10,698 bases of DNA from Prochlorococcus sp. AG-355-B18 (GCA_003280965.1 QCDI01000019.1:1-10698), one strand, 5' to 3'. Counted from the first letter of the stretch, positions 1 to 10,430 are shown. Notes: generated by a model from the sequence alone, not told the origin. Program-made: numbers and translations.

Positions 1-60
1 CCTAAATATCAATCCAAAAGTACTCCCAAATAAAACAAAAATTATTGAGTTTATATCCAA
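1..60 (-). CDS. crcB: 5' fragment of a probable fluoride efflux channel (Fluc/CrcB family), running off the left edge of the window
   Basis: Not in the ORF track. The reverse complement of 60..1 reads TTG GAT ATA AAC ... = MDINSIIFVLFGSTFGLIFR with no stop. It is hydrophobic and has a G-x-x-x-G-x-x-x-R pattern like Fluc TM1 (GGxxGAxxR). The TTG lies 3 nt after the stop of the 64..393 gene. Only 20 codons are visible. Confidence 0.55.
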   Translation of the reverse strand, partial: MDINSIIFVLFGSTFGLIFR

Positions 61-63
61 AAT

Positions 64-2357
<2,294 letters not shown>

Positions 2358-2473
2358 TTAATATAAAAAAAAAACATTAAACTTTTAAATTGTTACCTTT
2401 AAAAGGTCTTGGATTAAATTTAACACCGCAATAAGAGAAAGGCTCGCAGTCTATGAAAAATTTAATCTCTTTA

Positions 2474-2479
2474 ATTATA
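2474..2479 (-). promoter_or_regulatory. Candidate sigma70-type -10 box (TATAAT) for gyrB
   Basis: Plus-strand ATTATA at 2474..2479 is a perfect TATAAT on the minus strand in the gyrB/miaA divergent spacer. No good -35 at 17 bp. Chance matches are common in AT-rich DNA. Confidence 0.4.
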
Positions 2480-2509
2480 TAGGTAATATATTTTTCTTCA
2501 GAAATTCAT

Positions 2510-3409
2510 ATGTCTACTAATTCGCCACCTCTAGTAGTTTTAATTGGACCCACAGCAAGCGGTAAAACAGAATTAGCTATTGAAATTGCGGATTATTTTA
2601 AAACTCATATACACAATATCGATTCCAGACAAATCTATAAATCTATGGATATTGGAACAGCCAAGCCATCTAAGAATCAACAAAAAAAAATAAAGCATTT
2701 TTTAATAGATATTGCAGAGCCTATTAATCCAATTAATGTAAAACAATTTCAAGAAATAGCACAAAAATCAATAAAAAAGGAAATTAAACAAAATAACTTA
2801 CCTTTTCTTGTTGGAGGAAGTGGTTTGTATATGAACTCAATAACAAAAGGTTTTTTTGTGCCAGATGTACCTCCGCAAAAACATTTGAGGGGACAATTAG
2901 AAAAACTTGGTCAAAGAGAATGTTGGGAGCTTTTAAAAAACTGTGATCCAAGAACAACAAAAAATATAAATTTTGCTGATCAAATCAGAACAATTAGAGC
3001 TTTAGAAGTCTTTTACGTAACAGGTAAACCTTTGTCTACTCAAAAAGTTCAAAAACCGCCTAACTGGAAGATACTAGAGCTTGGATTAGATAGAGATAAT
3101 TTAAAAGAAAGAATTTCACAAAGAACAAAAAATATGTTTTTCTCTGGGATTGTTGAAGAGACGAAATATCTTATTTCTCAATATGGATCTGACATGCCAA
3201 TATTAGAAACAATTGGTTACCGTGAAGCTAAGGATGTCTTAAATAATAATTTAACTATTGACGAGGCAATTGAGTTAACCACTACAAAAACTATCCAATT
3301 TTCTAAGCGACAAAAAACATGGTTCCGTAATAAAAATAATCCTATTTGGCTTAATAACAAAAACCTACTAAAAGATGCAATAATTAGAATAGAGTCTTTT
3401 TTAGGCTAA
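2510..3409 (+). CDS. miaA: tRNA (adenosine(37)-N6)-dimethylallyltransferase
   Basis: 299 aa with P-loop [41 protein letters not shown] and KRQKTWF. Confidence 0.97.
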   Translation: MSTNSPPLVVLIGPTASGKTELAIEIADYFKTHIHNIDSRQIYKSMDIGTAKPSKNQQKKIKHFLIDIAEPINPINVKQFQEIAQKSIKKEIKQNNLPFLVGGSGLYMNSITKGFFVPDVPPQKHLRGQLEKLGQRECWELLKNCDPRTTKNINFADQIRTIRALEVFYVTGKPLSTQKVQKPPNWKILELGLDRDNLKERISQRTKNMFFSGIVEETKYLISQYGSDMPILETIGYREAKDVLNNNLTIDEAIELTTTKTIQFSKRQKTWFRNKNNPIWLNNKNLLKDAIIRIESFLG

Positions 3410-3463
3410 TTTATAAACTTGCGGATCTTGTTCAAAATCCAATCAATTTTTTAACTAAACTGA

Positions 3464-4036
3464 ATGCCACCACGCCCACGCTTTGACCGCCGCGCTCCAG
3501 TTAGAGAGCTCCCAAATATTAATGAAAGAATAAAATATCCTCAATTAAGAGTTGTTGATTCAGATGGGAAACAATTAGGTGTCTTAGATAGATTGAAGGC
3601 TTTAGAAATAGCCTCTCAAAGAGAACTTGATTTGGTTTTGGTAAGCGAAAAAGCAAATCCTCCGGTTTGCAGAATCATGGACTATGGAAAATATAAATTT
3701 GAACAGGAAAAGAAGGCAAAAGAAGCAAGAAAAAAATCTCATCAAACAGAAGTTAAAGAAGTAAAAATGAGGTACAAAATTGATAAGCATGATTATGACG
3801 TACGAATAGGTCAAGCAACTAAATTTCTAAAAGCAGGAGATAAAGTAAAATGTACTGTAATTTTTAGGGGTAGAGAAATTCAACATTCCAATTTAGCGGA
3901 AACTCTCCTTTTAAAAATGGCTGATGATTTAGAGGAGCAATCAGAAGTACAACAAAAACCAAAAAGAGAAGGGAGAAACATGATTATGTTTTTAAGTCCT
4001 AGAAAAACTCCCCTTGTCAAAAAAGACGCAGAATAA
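3464..4036 (+). CDS. infC: Translation initiation factor IF-3
   Basis: 190 aa with [51 protein letters not shown] and FRGRE. Confidence 0.98.
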   Translation: MPPRPRFDRRAPVRELPNINERIKYPQLRVVDSDGKQLGVLDRLKALEIASQRELDLVLVSEKANPPVCRIMDYGKYKFEQEKKAKEARKKSHQTEVKEVKMRYKIDKHDYDVRIGQATKFLKAGDKVKCTVIFRGREIQHSNLAETLLLKMADDLEEQSEVQQKPKREGRNMIMFLSPRKTPLVKKDAE

Positions 4037-4057
4037 GAAATTATTATGGAAAAGCTA

Positions 4058-4090
4058 TGACAAATGTTAAAGTGTCACTATAAATAAAAT
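4058..4090 (+). promoter_or_regulatory. TGACA-N10-TGTCA inverted repeat next to candidate -10 boxes upstream of the GntR gene
   Basis: TGACA at 4058..4062 and TGTCA at 4073..4077. ATGACA (4057..4062) matches TTGACA at 5/6. TATAAA (4079..4084) and TAAAAT (4085..4090) are -10-like. Confidence 0.4.
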
Positions 4091-4113
4091 TAATTTATCA
4101 GGATTTTTCTAAA

Positions 4114-5100
4114 GTGAGATTCCATATTCAACAAGAAAGTGATATTCCAGCATCGACACAACTATACAACCAAATTTGCTTTGCAATAGCAGCAAGACAT
4201 TATCCTCCTGGCCACAGACTTCCTAGTACCAGGCAACTTGCAATGCAGACTGGACTCCATCGAAACACTATAAGTAAAGTTTACAGACAACTTGAAATGG
4301 ACGGAGTAGTTGAAGCTATGGCTGGATCAGGTATTTATGTAAGAGATAACCTTACCAAGAGAGATTTTAAAAAATCAGTTTACTCAAAAGACAAAATAAG
4401 AAAACCACCGGACCAAGAAGCAAAGAAGGCAATTGATAACTTAATAAATCTTGGCTGCACCTTACAGGAAACAAGGGAAATTTTAACCCATGAAATTGAT
4501 TGGCGTATTAAATGCGGAGCAAGAATTATAGTAAGCACTCCTAGAGAAGATATAGGCGCTTCTATGCTGATAGCAGAAGATCTTTCTCCAAAAGTTGATG
4601 TACCAGTCGAAGTAGTTCCTATGGAAGAATTAGAAAAAGTTTTAAGTAATTCAAGTAATGGTACTATTGTCACAAGCAGGTATTTTTTACAGCCTCTTGA
4701 GAAAGTTGCTAAACAGCATGGAGTTCGTGCTATTGCAGTTGACTTGAGCGACTTTCAAAAAGAATTGAAAATTCTAAAAGAATTAAGTGCTGGCAGTTGT
4801 GTTGGTATTGTTAGCATAAGTCCTGGTTTATTAAGAGCAGCAGAGGTTATCATACACAGCATGCGAGGCAGTGATTTAATGCTTATGACGGCAATCTCAG
4901 ATAATAACAGCAGATTACTATCACTTTTAAAGACTTCAAACCACATAGTGTGCGATTGGCCTAGTTTATCAGTTGTAGAAAACACATTATTAAGAAATCG
5001 TTCCCAGCTTATAAGATTACCCCAGATAATATGTGCTAAAAATTATCTGAGTATTGAAACTATAAATCAATTAAAAAAAGAAATCGGAGTTATTAATTAA
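4114..5100 (+). CDS. plmA: GntR-family transcriptional regulator, cyanobacterial PlmA subfamily
   Basis: 328 aa, GTG start. N-terminal winged HTH (IPASTQLYNQI.FAIAAR.YPPGHRLPSTRQLAMQTGLHRNTISKVYRQLE..G...AGSGIYV). The C-terminal domain (TSRYF, HS.RG, ICAKNY) and the length are typical of PlmA. Confidence 0.88.
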   Translation: MRFHIQQESDIPASTQLYNQICFAIAARHYPPGHRLPSTRQLAMQTGLHRNTISKVYRQLEMDGVVEAMAGSGIYVRDNLTKRDFKKSVYSKDKIRKPPDQEAKKAIDNLINLGCTLQETREILTHEIDWRIKCGARIIVSTPREDIGASMLIAEDLSPKVDVPVEVVPMEELEKVLSNSSNGTIVTSRYFLQPLEKVAKQHGVRAIAVDLSDFQKELKILKELSAGSCVGIVSISPGLLRAAEVIIHSMRGSDLMLMTAISDNNSRLLSLLKTSNHIVCDWPSLSVVENTLLRNRSQLIRLPQIICAKNYLSIETINQLKKEIGVIN

Positions 5101-5105
5101 CAATC

Positions 5106-5843
5106 ATGATGTTGAGAACTTTTAAATCTGATATTGATATTATCAAAGAAAGAGATCCTGCAGCTAGAGGAGTATTAGAGATTTTTCTTTGCTATCCTGG
5201 CTTCCAATCGATAGTTATTCATAGATTTACTCATAAATTATGGCAACTAAAAATTCCTTTAATTCCCCGGTTGTTAAGTCATCTCAATAGGTTAGTTACT
5301 GGAATTGAAATCCATCCTGGGGCCAAAATTGGTAAACGCGTTTTCATTGATCATGGAATGGGAGTTGTAATAGGTGAAACAGCTGAGATAGGGAATAATT
5401 GTTTACTTTATCAGGGAGTGACATTAGGAGGTACTGGAAAAAGCCATGGGAAAAGACATCCAACATTAATGGAAAATGTTGTCGTTGGAGCTGGTGCAAA
5501 AGTTCTTGGATCGATCATAGTAGGCTCTAACACACGCATTGGCGCTGGTTCAGTAGTTGTTCGTAATGTCGAAGGAAATAGTACTGTAGTTGGCGTTCCT
5601 GGCAGAGTAGTACATCAAAGTGGTGTCAAAGTTAATCCTTTAGCTCATTCTGCATTACCAGATGCAGAAGCTAATGTGATAAAAAATTTAATGGATAGAA
5701 TTGACTCGCTTGAAAACGAACTTCTTAAATTACAAAAAACTTTAAAATGTCTTGCTAATTCAGAATCTATTGATATTTCTAAACTTGGAGATGCTCAAAA
5801 CCTTAAAGACAAAGAGATTATCGAGTTTCTAGGAGATGATTAG
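5106..5843 (+). CDS. cysE: Serine O-acetyltransferase
   Basis: 245 aa with ERDPAAR, YPG, TGIEIHPGAKIG, FIDHGMGVVIGETAEIG, QGVTLGGTGK..GKRHPT, hexapeptide beta-helix repeats and VVGVPGR. The start may be the second ATG at 5109. Confidence 0.97.
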   Translation: MMLRTFKSDIDIIKERDPAARGVLEIFLCYPGFQSIVIHRFTHKLWQLKIPLIPRLLSHLNRLVTGIEIHPGAKIGKRVFIDHGMGVVIGETAEIGNNCLLYQGVTLGGTGKSHGKRHPTLMENVVVGAGAKVLGSIIVGSNTRIGAGSVVVRNVEGNSTVVGVPGRVVHQSGVKVNPLAHSALPDAEANVIKNLMDRIDSLENELLKLQKTLKCLANSESIDISKLGDAQNLKDKEIIEFLGDD

Positions 5844-5851
5844 AACTCGTT

Positions 5852-8683
5852 TTAATTTGTATCATCCTTGTCAGTTTTAGGTTGAAACATAAACATAGAA
5901 TAAATAACATTACGTCTCATGTTAGTCATCATTTCGAGAAACATGTCATATCCCTCGTTTTTATATTCGATTAATGGATCTTTTTGACCATAACCCCTCA
6001 ATCCAACTGATTCCCTCAAGGAATCCATTGATTGAAGATGTTCTCGCCATAAATTATCGATTTGCTGCAAAATGAAAAATCTTTCAGCTTCTCTCATCAA
6101 TCCAGGACGAATCTTTTCTATTTGTGATTCCTTTAAATCATAAGCTATTCGCAACTGCTCTTGAAGATAGTTTTTTAATTCTTCTATGGAAAGTAAATTA
6201 ATATCATCAGATTTAAGATCATCTAATAAATATATAAATTCTTTTACTTTAGAAATTAATTGATCAATATTCCATTCTTCAGGAGGAAGATCAGGATTAA
6301 TATAAGCATCTACAATTTCAATCATTGTCCTTTCTCCATATCCTATTACTTGGCTCTTTAAATCAATTCCTTTCAATACTCTTAGTCTTTCACCATAAAC
6401 TGCTTTTCTTTGATTATTCATTACCTCGTCGTATTCAAAAACTTGTTTTCTAATATCGTAATAGTAGGTCTCAACTTTCTTTTGAGCACTTTCTAGAGAC
6501 CTAGTAAGCATTCCTGACTCAATAGGCATATCTTCATCAACCCTAAAGGCATTCATTAAATTTGCTACTCTATCACCTCCAAAAATCCTTAATAAATTAT
6601 CATCTAAAGATAAAAAGAATCTTGTACTGCCAAGATCACCTTGTCTTCCTGCTCTTCCTCTAAGTTGATTATCCACTCTTCTTGATTCATGTCTCTCAGT
6701 ACCAATTACATGTAAACCGCCAACTTCTCTTACTTTTTCTTCTTCATGAATCAAAACTTTTTCATATTCTTTTTTTACATCAGACAAAGATTCTCTCAAA
6801 AGCTTTATCGAGTTATCATCAGTTGGTGCTTTTTCCGCAGCTGTAGCTATCCTGTCATCAAGCTCCAAGACAGAAAGTTGTCTATCGCCCCAATTTTTAA
6901 CAAGTTCATCAGATAAAAGAGATAGTTTCTTTTCAATTGCTTCATCTAGTTTGCAAGGGAAAAGACTTGTTGAAGAATTTGAAATGTTCTTTTTTAAATT
7001 TGAACCAGCTTTTGAAGAAAAACCAACCTTAGCTTTTGAATTTCTTTGTTTAGGTATTGGTGGCTTATGCTCATTATCAGGCTTGACTAACAAAGGAATT
7101 AAAATTTCTTTTAATTTAAGCCTCGCCATATAGTCACTATTACCGCCAAGAATTATATCTGTTCCCCTTCCAGCCATATTAGTCGCAATAGTTACAGCAC
7201 CTGCTCTTCCTGCCTGAGCAACAATTTCTGCCTCACGTTCAACGTTCTCTGGCTTAGCATTTAACAAATTATGAGGGATTTTTTCTGCGGATAAAAGTGA
7301 ACTTAGTAATTCACTTTTTTCAACACTTGTTGTACCAACTAAAACAGGTCTACCTTCTCTATGAATTTGTGCAGTTTCTTTTGCAACGGCTTTCCATTTA
7401 CCAATCTCTGTCTTAAATACTTGATCAGACCAATCTTGTCTCTTTCTTATTTGATTTGTCGGTATAACTGTTGATTCTAATTTATAAGTTTTTTCAAATT
7501 CAACCTCCTCAGTTTTTGCAGTTCCCGTCATTCCTGCCAGACCAGGATATAAAAGGAAAAAATTCTGATAAGTTATGGATGCTAATGTTTGAGTCTCAGG
7601 CTGAATTTTAAGACTCTCTTTTGCTTCTATTGCCTGATGTTGTCCATCGCTCCAACGCCTTCCTGGCATTACCCTACCAGTAAATTCGTCCACTATGACA
7701 GCCTCATCGTTCTTAATAATATAATTTACATCTTTAATAAATAATTCTTTGGCTTTTAAAGCGTTAGTTATATAGTGCGCCCAAGGATCTTGCGGATTAT
7801 ATAAATCATTCACTCCCAAATACTCTTCACATTTTGCAAAACCCTGATCAGTTAATATACAACTTCTCTGTTTTTCATCAACTTCATAATCCCCTTCTGG
7901 ATCAACACCATCTTTACTTAATTCTTTTGCTTTAACTAATTCCAGAGATAATTCCGCAGCTTTTTGATATTTTTCTTGTGGTCTTTCAACTTGGCCAGAA
8001 ATGATTAAAGGCGTTCTTGCTTCATCAATTAATATTGAATCAACCTCATCAATTACGCAGTAATTAAATTTTCTTTGAACTACCTCACTAATATCAGTAG
8101 CCATATTATCTCTTAAATAATCAAATCCTAATTCTGAATTTGTGGCATAAGTTATATCACAATCATAATTTTTCTTTCTCTCAGATGGATTCATATCTTG
8201 CTGAATCAAACCAACAGATAAACCTAAAAAACGATGAACTTGTCCCATCCACTCAGCATCCCTTCTAGCTAAATAATCATTTACAGTAACAACATGAACA
8301 CCTTTCCCCGTAAGAGCATTTAAATAACAAGGTAATGTTGCGACAAGAGTTTTTCCCTCTCCAGTCTTCATCTCAGCAATTTGACACTCATTTAAAACCA
8401 TCCCGCCTATTAACTGAACATCAAAATGTCTCATATCAAGAACTCGTTTACTTGCTTCTCTTACGATTGCAAAGGCTTTAGGAAGAAATTCTTCTAGAAG
8501 TTCTTTTTGTTTTTTACAATCTAATTCTGCTGAAATATTTGATTTAAGATTTTGAGTTTCTTCTCTAAGCTCATCATCAGTCAATTGAGAAATTTCTTCT
8601 TCTAAAAAATTTATCTCTTCCACTATTGGTTGATAGCGCTTTAACTTTCGTGTATTCGGATCTCCCAACAAAAGTTTTAGCAT
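5852..8683 (-). CDS. secA: Preprotein translocase ATPase subunit SecA
   Basis: 943 aa with [10 protein letters not shown] (Walker A), [74 protein letters not shown] and [12 protein letters not shown]. Confidence 0.99.
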   Translation of the reverse strand: MLKLLLGDPNTRKLKRYQPIVEEINFLEEEISQLTDDELREETQNLKSNISAELDCKKQKELLEEFLPKAFAIVREASKRVLDMRHFDVQLIGGMVLNECQIAEMKTGEGKTLVATLPCYLNALTGKGVHVVTVNDYLARRDAEWMGQVHRFLGLSVGLIQQDMNPSERKKNYDCDITYATNSELGFDYLRDNMATDISEVVQRKFNYCVIDEVDSILIDEARTPLIISGQVERPQEKYQKAAELSLELVKAKELSKDGVDPEGDYEVDEKQRSCILTDQGFAKCEEYLGVNDLYNPQDPWAHYITNALKAKELFIKDVNYIIKNDEAVIVDEFTGRVMPGRRWSDGQHQAIEAKESLKIQPETQTLASITYQNFFLLYPGLAGMTGTAKTEEVEFEKTYKLESTVIPTNQIRKRQDWSDQVFKTEIGKWKAVAKETAQIHREGRPVLVGTTSVEKSELLSSLLSAEKIPHNLLNAKPENVEREAEIVAQAGRAGAVTIATNMAGRGTDIILGGNSDYMARLKLKEILIPLLVKPDNEHKPPIPKQRNSKAKVGFSSKAGSNLKKNISNSSTSLFPCKLDEAIEKKLSLLSDELVKNWGDRQLSVLELDDRIATAAEKAPTDDNSIKLLRESLSDVKKEYEKVLIHEEEKVREVGGLHVIGTERHESRRVDNQLRGRAGRQGDLGSTRFFLSLDDNLLRIFGGDRVANLMNAFRVDEDMPIESGMLTRSLESAQKKVETYYYDIRKQVFEYDEVMNNQRKAVYGERLRVLKGIDLKSQVIGYGERTMIEIVDAYINPDLPPEEWNIDQLISKVKEFIYLLDDLKSDDINLLSIEELKNYLQEQLRIAYDLKESQIEKIRPGLMREAERFFILQQIDNLWREHLQSMDSLRESVGLRGYGQKDPLIEYKNEGYDMFLEMMTNMRRNVIYSMFMFQPKTDKDDTN

Positions 8684-8720
8684 AAGTCAAAGTCCTTAAA
8701 AAATCTATCTTATTACAAAC

Positions 8721-8726
8721 ATTATA
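8721..8726 (-). promoter_or_regulatory. Candidate -10 box (TATAAT) for secA
   Basis: Plus-strand ATTATA at 8721..8726 is TATAAT on the minus strand, 37 nt upstream of the secA ATG, implying a leader of about 30 nt. No recognisable -35. Confidence 0.45.
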
Positions 8727-8857
8727 AATTAGTGCGTTACAACAGAATGAAGAAAACTATTATCTCTTTATTTTAAAGAAACGATCGATTAAGGTATTTA
8801 GATTAGAGTCACAAAAATAACCTAACTGACATCACTTTTCAAAAATCTTTTTAATAA

Positions 8858-9313
8858 ATGAAAAAAATATCTCTAATCAAACATACCAAAGGGGCTTTAG
8901 GGTTAAGGGTTTTTGGATTAGGTCCTAATCTTAAACCAACAAATGGATTAATTAAGCTACAAAAATTACTAGATAACAATGCTTTCTGGGCAAAAAATAG
9001 AACAATTAATGATTTAAAAAAATGTCTTGCTAATAGTGATGTCGTAATTAGTCTTTGGGTTGGTAAGGAAATAGTTGGTTTTGGTAGAGCTTTAACCGAT
9101 GGGATTTATCGCGGAGTGCTTTGGGATATTGTGATAGATCAAAATCACCAAGGCAAAGGTTTTGGCACATTAATTGTAAAAAATATCTTATCTTCTAAAA
9201 AAATTAAAACCACAAAAAAATTATATTTAATGACAACAAATAAAAAATTGTTTTATTCTCAATGTGATTTTAAAGAAGTTACTTCTCAAAATTTATTGAT
9301 TCGTGAAATATAA
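8858..9313 (+). CDS. GNAT-family N-acetyltransferase
   Basis: 151 aa with IVGFGRALTDGIYRGVLWDIVID followed by the acetyl-CoA-binding motif A (QGKGFG) and LYLMT....FY...DF. Confidence 0.88.
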   Translation: MKKISLIKHTKGALGLRVFGLGPNLKPTNGLIKLQKLLDNNAFWAKNRTINDLKKCLANSDVVISLWVGKEIVGFGRALTDGIYRGVLWDIVIDQNHQGKGFGTLIVKNILSSKKIKTTKKLYLMTTNKKLFYSQCDFKEVTSQNLLIREI

Positions 9314-9340
9314 GGCACTCTATTTCTCAAGAAAACAAAA

Positions 9341-9772
9341 TCAGGATATAAATTTACTATAAAGCCATCTTATAAAAGGTCCTAAAATAGGAACGGGTCC
9401 AAAAGTTGGACCGCAAAAATCAAAGTAATCTCTGTGCTCTTTGATTAATCCATTATCACCAAATAATAAACGAGTAGTTCCAGGATAAATAAATTCTTTG
9501 CCCATAATTTTTAGACCCATTGTCCACTCTACAAATCCACAATCGCCAGTAATGGAAATTGCATGAGTTTCTAAAAAAATATCGTCACATCTTTTAACTA
9601 GCTTTTCCTGAGCTTTAACATAAGAATCTAATCCCTCTGTTTCCTGAGTTGGGTCTGTAAAAATAACATTCTCATTATAAAATTCAGCCCATTTTTGTTT
9701 TGTTGGTGCATCTGTACCATAAGGTTTGGTAAATAATCCTTTCAAATCCTCAATAGAAATTACTCTTGTCAT
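9341..9772 (-). CDS. NTF2-like / SnoaL-like domain protein
   Basis: 143 aa with FY.ENV.FTDP....EG, FVEWTM and G.T.L.F...G.I..HRDYFD, a pattern typical of SnoaL-like proteins. C-terminal amphipathic tail PILGPFIRWLY. Confidence 0.8.
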   Translation of the reverse strand: MTRVISIEDLKGLFTKPYGTDAPTKQKWAEFYNENVIFTDPTQETEGLDSYVKAQEKLVKRCDDIFLETHAISITGDCGFVEWTMGLKIMGKEFIYPGTTRLLFGDNGLIKEHRDYFDFCGPTFGPVPILGPFIRWLYSKFIS

Positions 9773-9820
9773 TACTAGATTTTTATTTAGATATTTATTT
9801 TAAAAGATACAAACATGAAA

Positions 9821-9892
9821 AGCGGATGAAGAGATTCGAACTCTCGACATTCTCCTTGGCAAGGAGATGCTCTACCACTGAGCTACATCCGC
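9821..9892 (-). tRNA. trnG: tRNA-Gly, anticodon GCC
   Basis: Minus strand GCGGATGTAGCTCAGTGGTAGAGCATCTCCTTGCCAAGGAGAATGTCGAGAGTTCGAATCTCTTCATCCGCT (72 nt). Acceptor stem GCGGATG/CATCCGC, D-arm GCTC/GAGC, anticodon arm TCTCC-TTGCCAA-GGAGA, T-loop TTCGAAT, discriminator U. CCA is not encoded. Confidence 0.98.
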
Positions 9893-9953
9893 ATAACTTT
9901 TTTATTTTATCTCAAAGAAGGGATCAATGATAGAAATAATTAAATTTTTTCAA

Positions 9954-10430
9954 TTAATTTAAATTTTTAATTAAGGATCCCATCTCAATTGCTTGCAAAG
10001 CATAATTCCAACCAAGATTATTTTTAATCCCTGCTCTTTCTAGAGCTTGCTGCATAGTATCAGTAGTTAAGACTCCAAAAATAATTGGAACATTATTTTC
10101 ATTTGAAACTTGTGAAATACCTTTGCTCGCCTCAGATATGACAACATCATAATGGGAAGTTTCACCACGGATCACAGCCCCTAGAGCAATTACGACGTCA
10201 TAACTCTTTTGTTTCATGAGGGTTTTAGCTGCGATTGGTAACTCGAATGAACCAGGAACCCAAACTATATCTACTTGATTGCTCAATTCAGAAGTATCTA
10301 AACCATGTCTTTTTAAACAATCAAGACAACCAGATAGAATTTTATTTGTAATTAAATCATTAAATCTTGCTATTACAATCCCAACTTTTAAAGTAGATGC
10401 ATTAGTAAAGGAACCCTCAAAAATAGCCAT
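9954..10430 (-). CDS. ribH: 6,7-dimethyl-8-ribityllumazine synthase
   Basis: 158 aa with [39 protein letters not shown] and QALERAG.K.N.G. Confidence 0.98.
   Translation of the reverse strand: MAIFEGSFTNASTLKVGIVIARFNDLITNKILSGCLDCLKRHGLDTSELSNQVDIVWVPGSFELPIAAKTLMKQKSYDVVIALGAVIRGETSHYDVVISEASKGISQVSNENNVPIIFGVLTTDTMQQALERAGIKNNLGWNYALQAIEMGSLIKNLN

Noticed and set aside
2682..2690. A9 homopolymer in miaA as a phase-variation tract
   Set aside because: The frame is intact (Gln-Lys-Lys-Ile codons), and such runs are expected at this AT content in a housekeeping gene.
3602..3814. 70-aa Phe/Cys-rich minus-strand ORF
   Set aside because: Antisense to the Lys/Glu-rich IF3 linker. The Phe richness is the complement of AAA/GAA codons.
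4380..4985. Two minus-strand ORFs (97 and 76 aa)
   Set aside because: Antisense shadows within plmA with no independent coding evidence.
6951..7133. 60-aa plus-strand ORF
   Set aside because: Antisense to the SecA insertion, with a TTG start and no motif.
8380..8400. Sec[10 protein letters not shown], where His is usual (GGMVLH), as a sign of inactivation
   Set aside because: A single substitution outside the Walker A motif. All catalytic motifs and the reading frame are intact, so it is probably strain variation.
8712..8743. TTACAA/TTATAA/TTACAA repeats as an RpaB HLR1 site upstream of secA
   Set aside because: The spacings are 9 and 15 nt, not the 10-nt period of HLR1.
8781..8788. ACGATCGA as a HIP1 repeat
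   Set aside because: Only the CGATCG core matches GCGATCGC, and I saw no HIP1 enrichment in the window.
9314..9340. TTTCT-CA-AGAAA as a bidirectional terminator between the GNAT and SnoaL genes
   Set aside because: The AU-rich stem is too short and the loop too small to be stable.
9773..9892. tRNA-Gly as the boundary of a genomic island or prophage
   Set aside because: No repeat of the tRNA 3' end, no integrase and no obvious compositional shift in the window.
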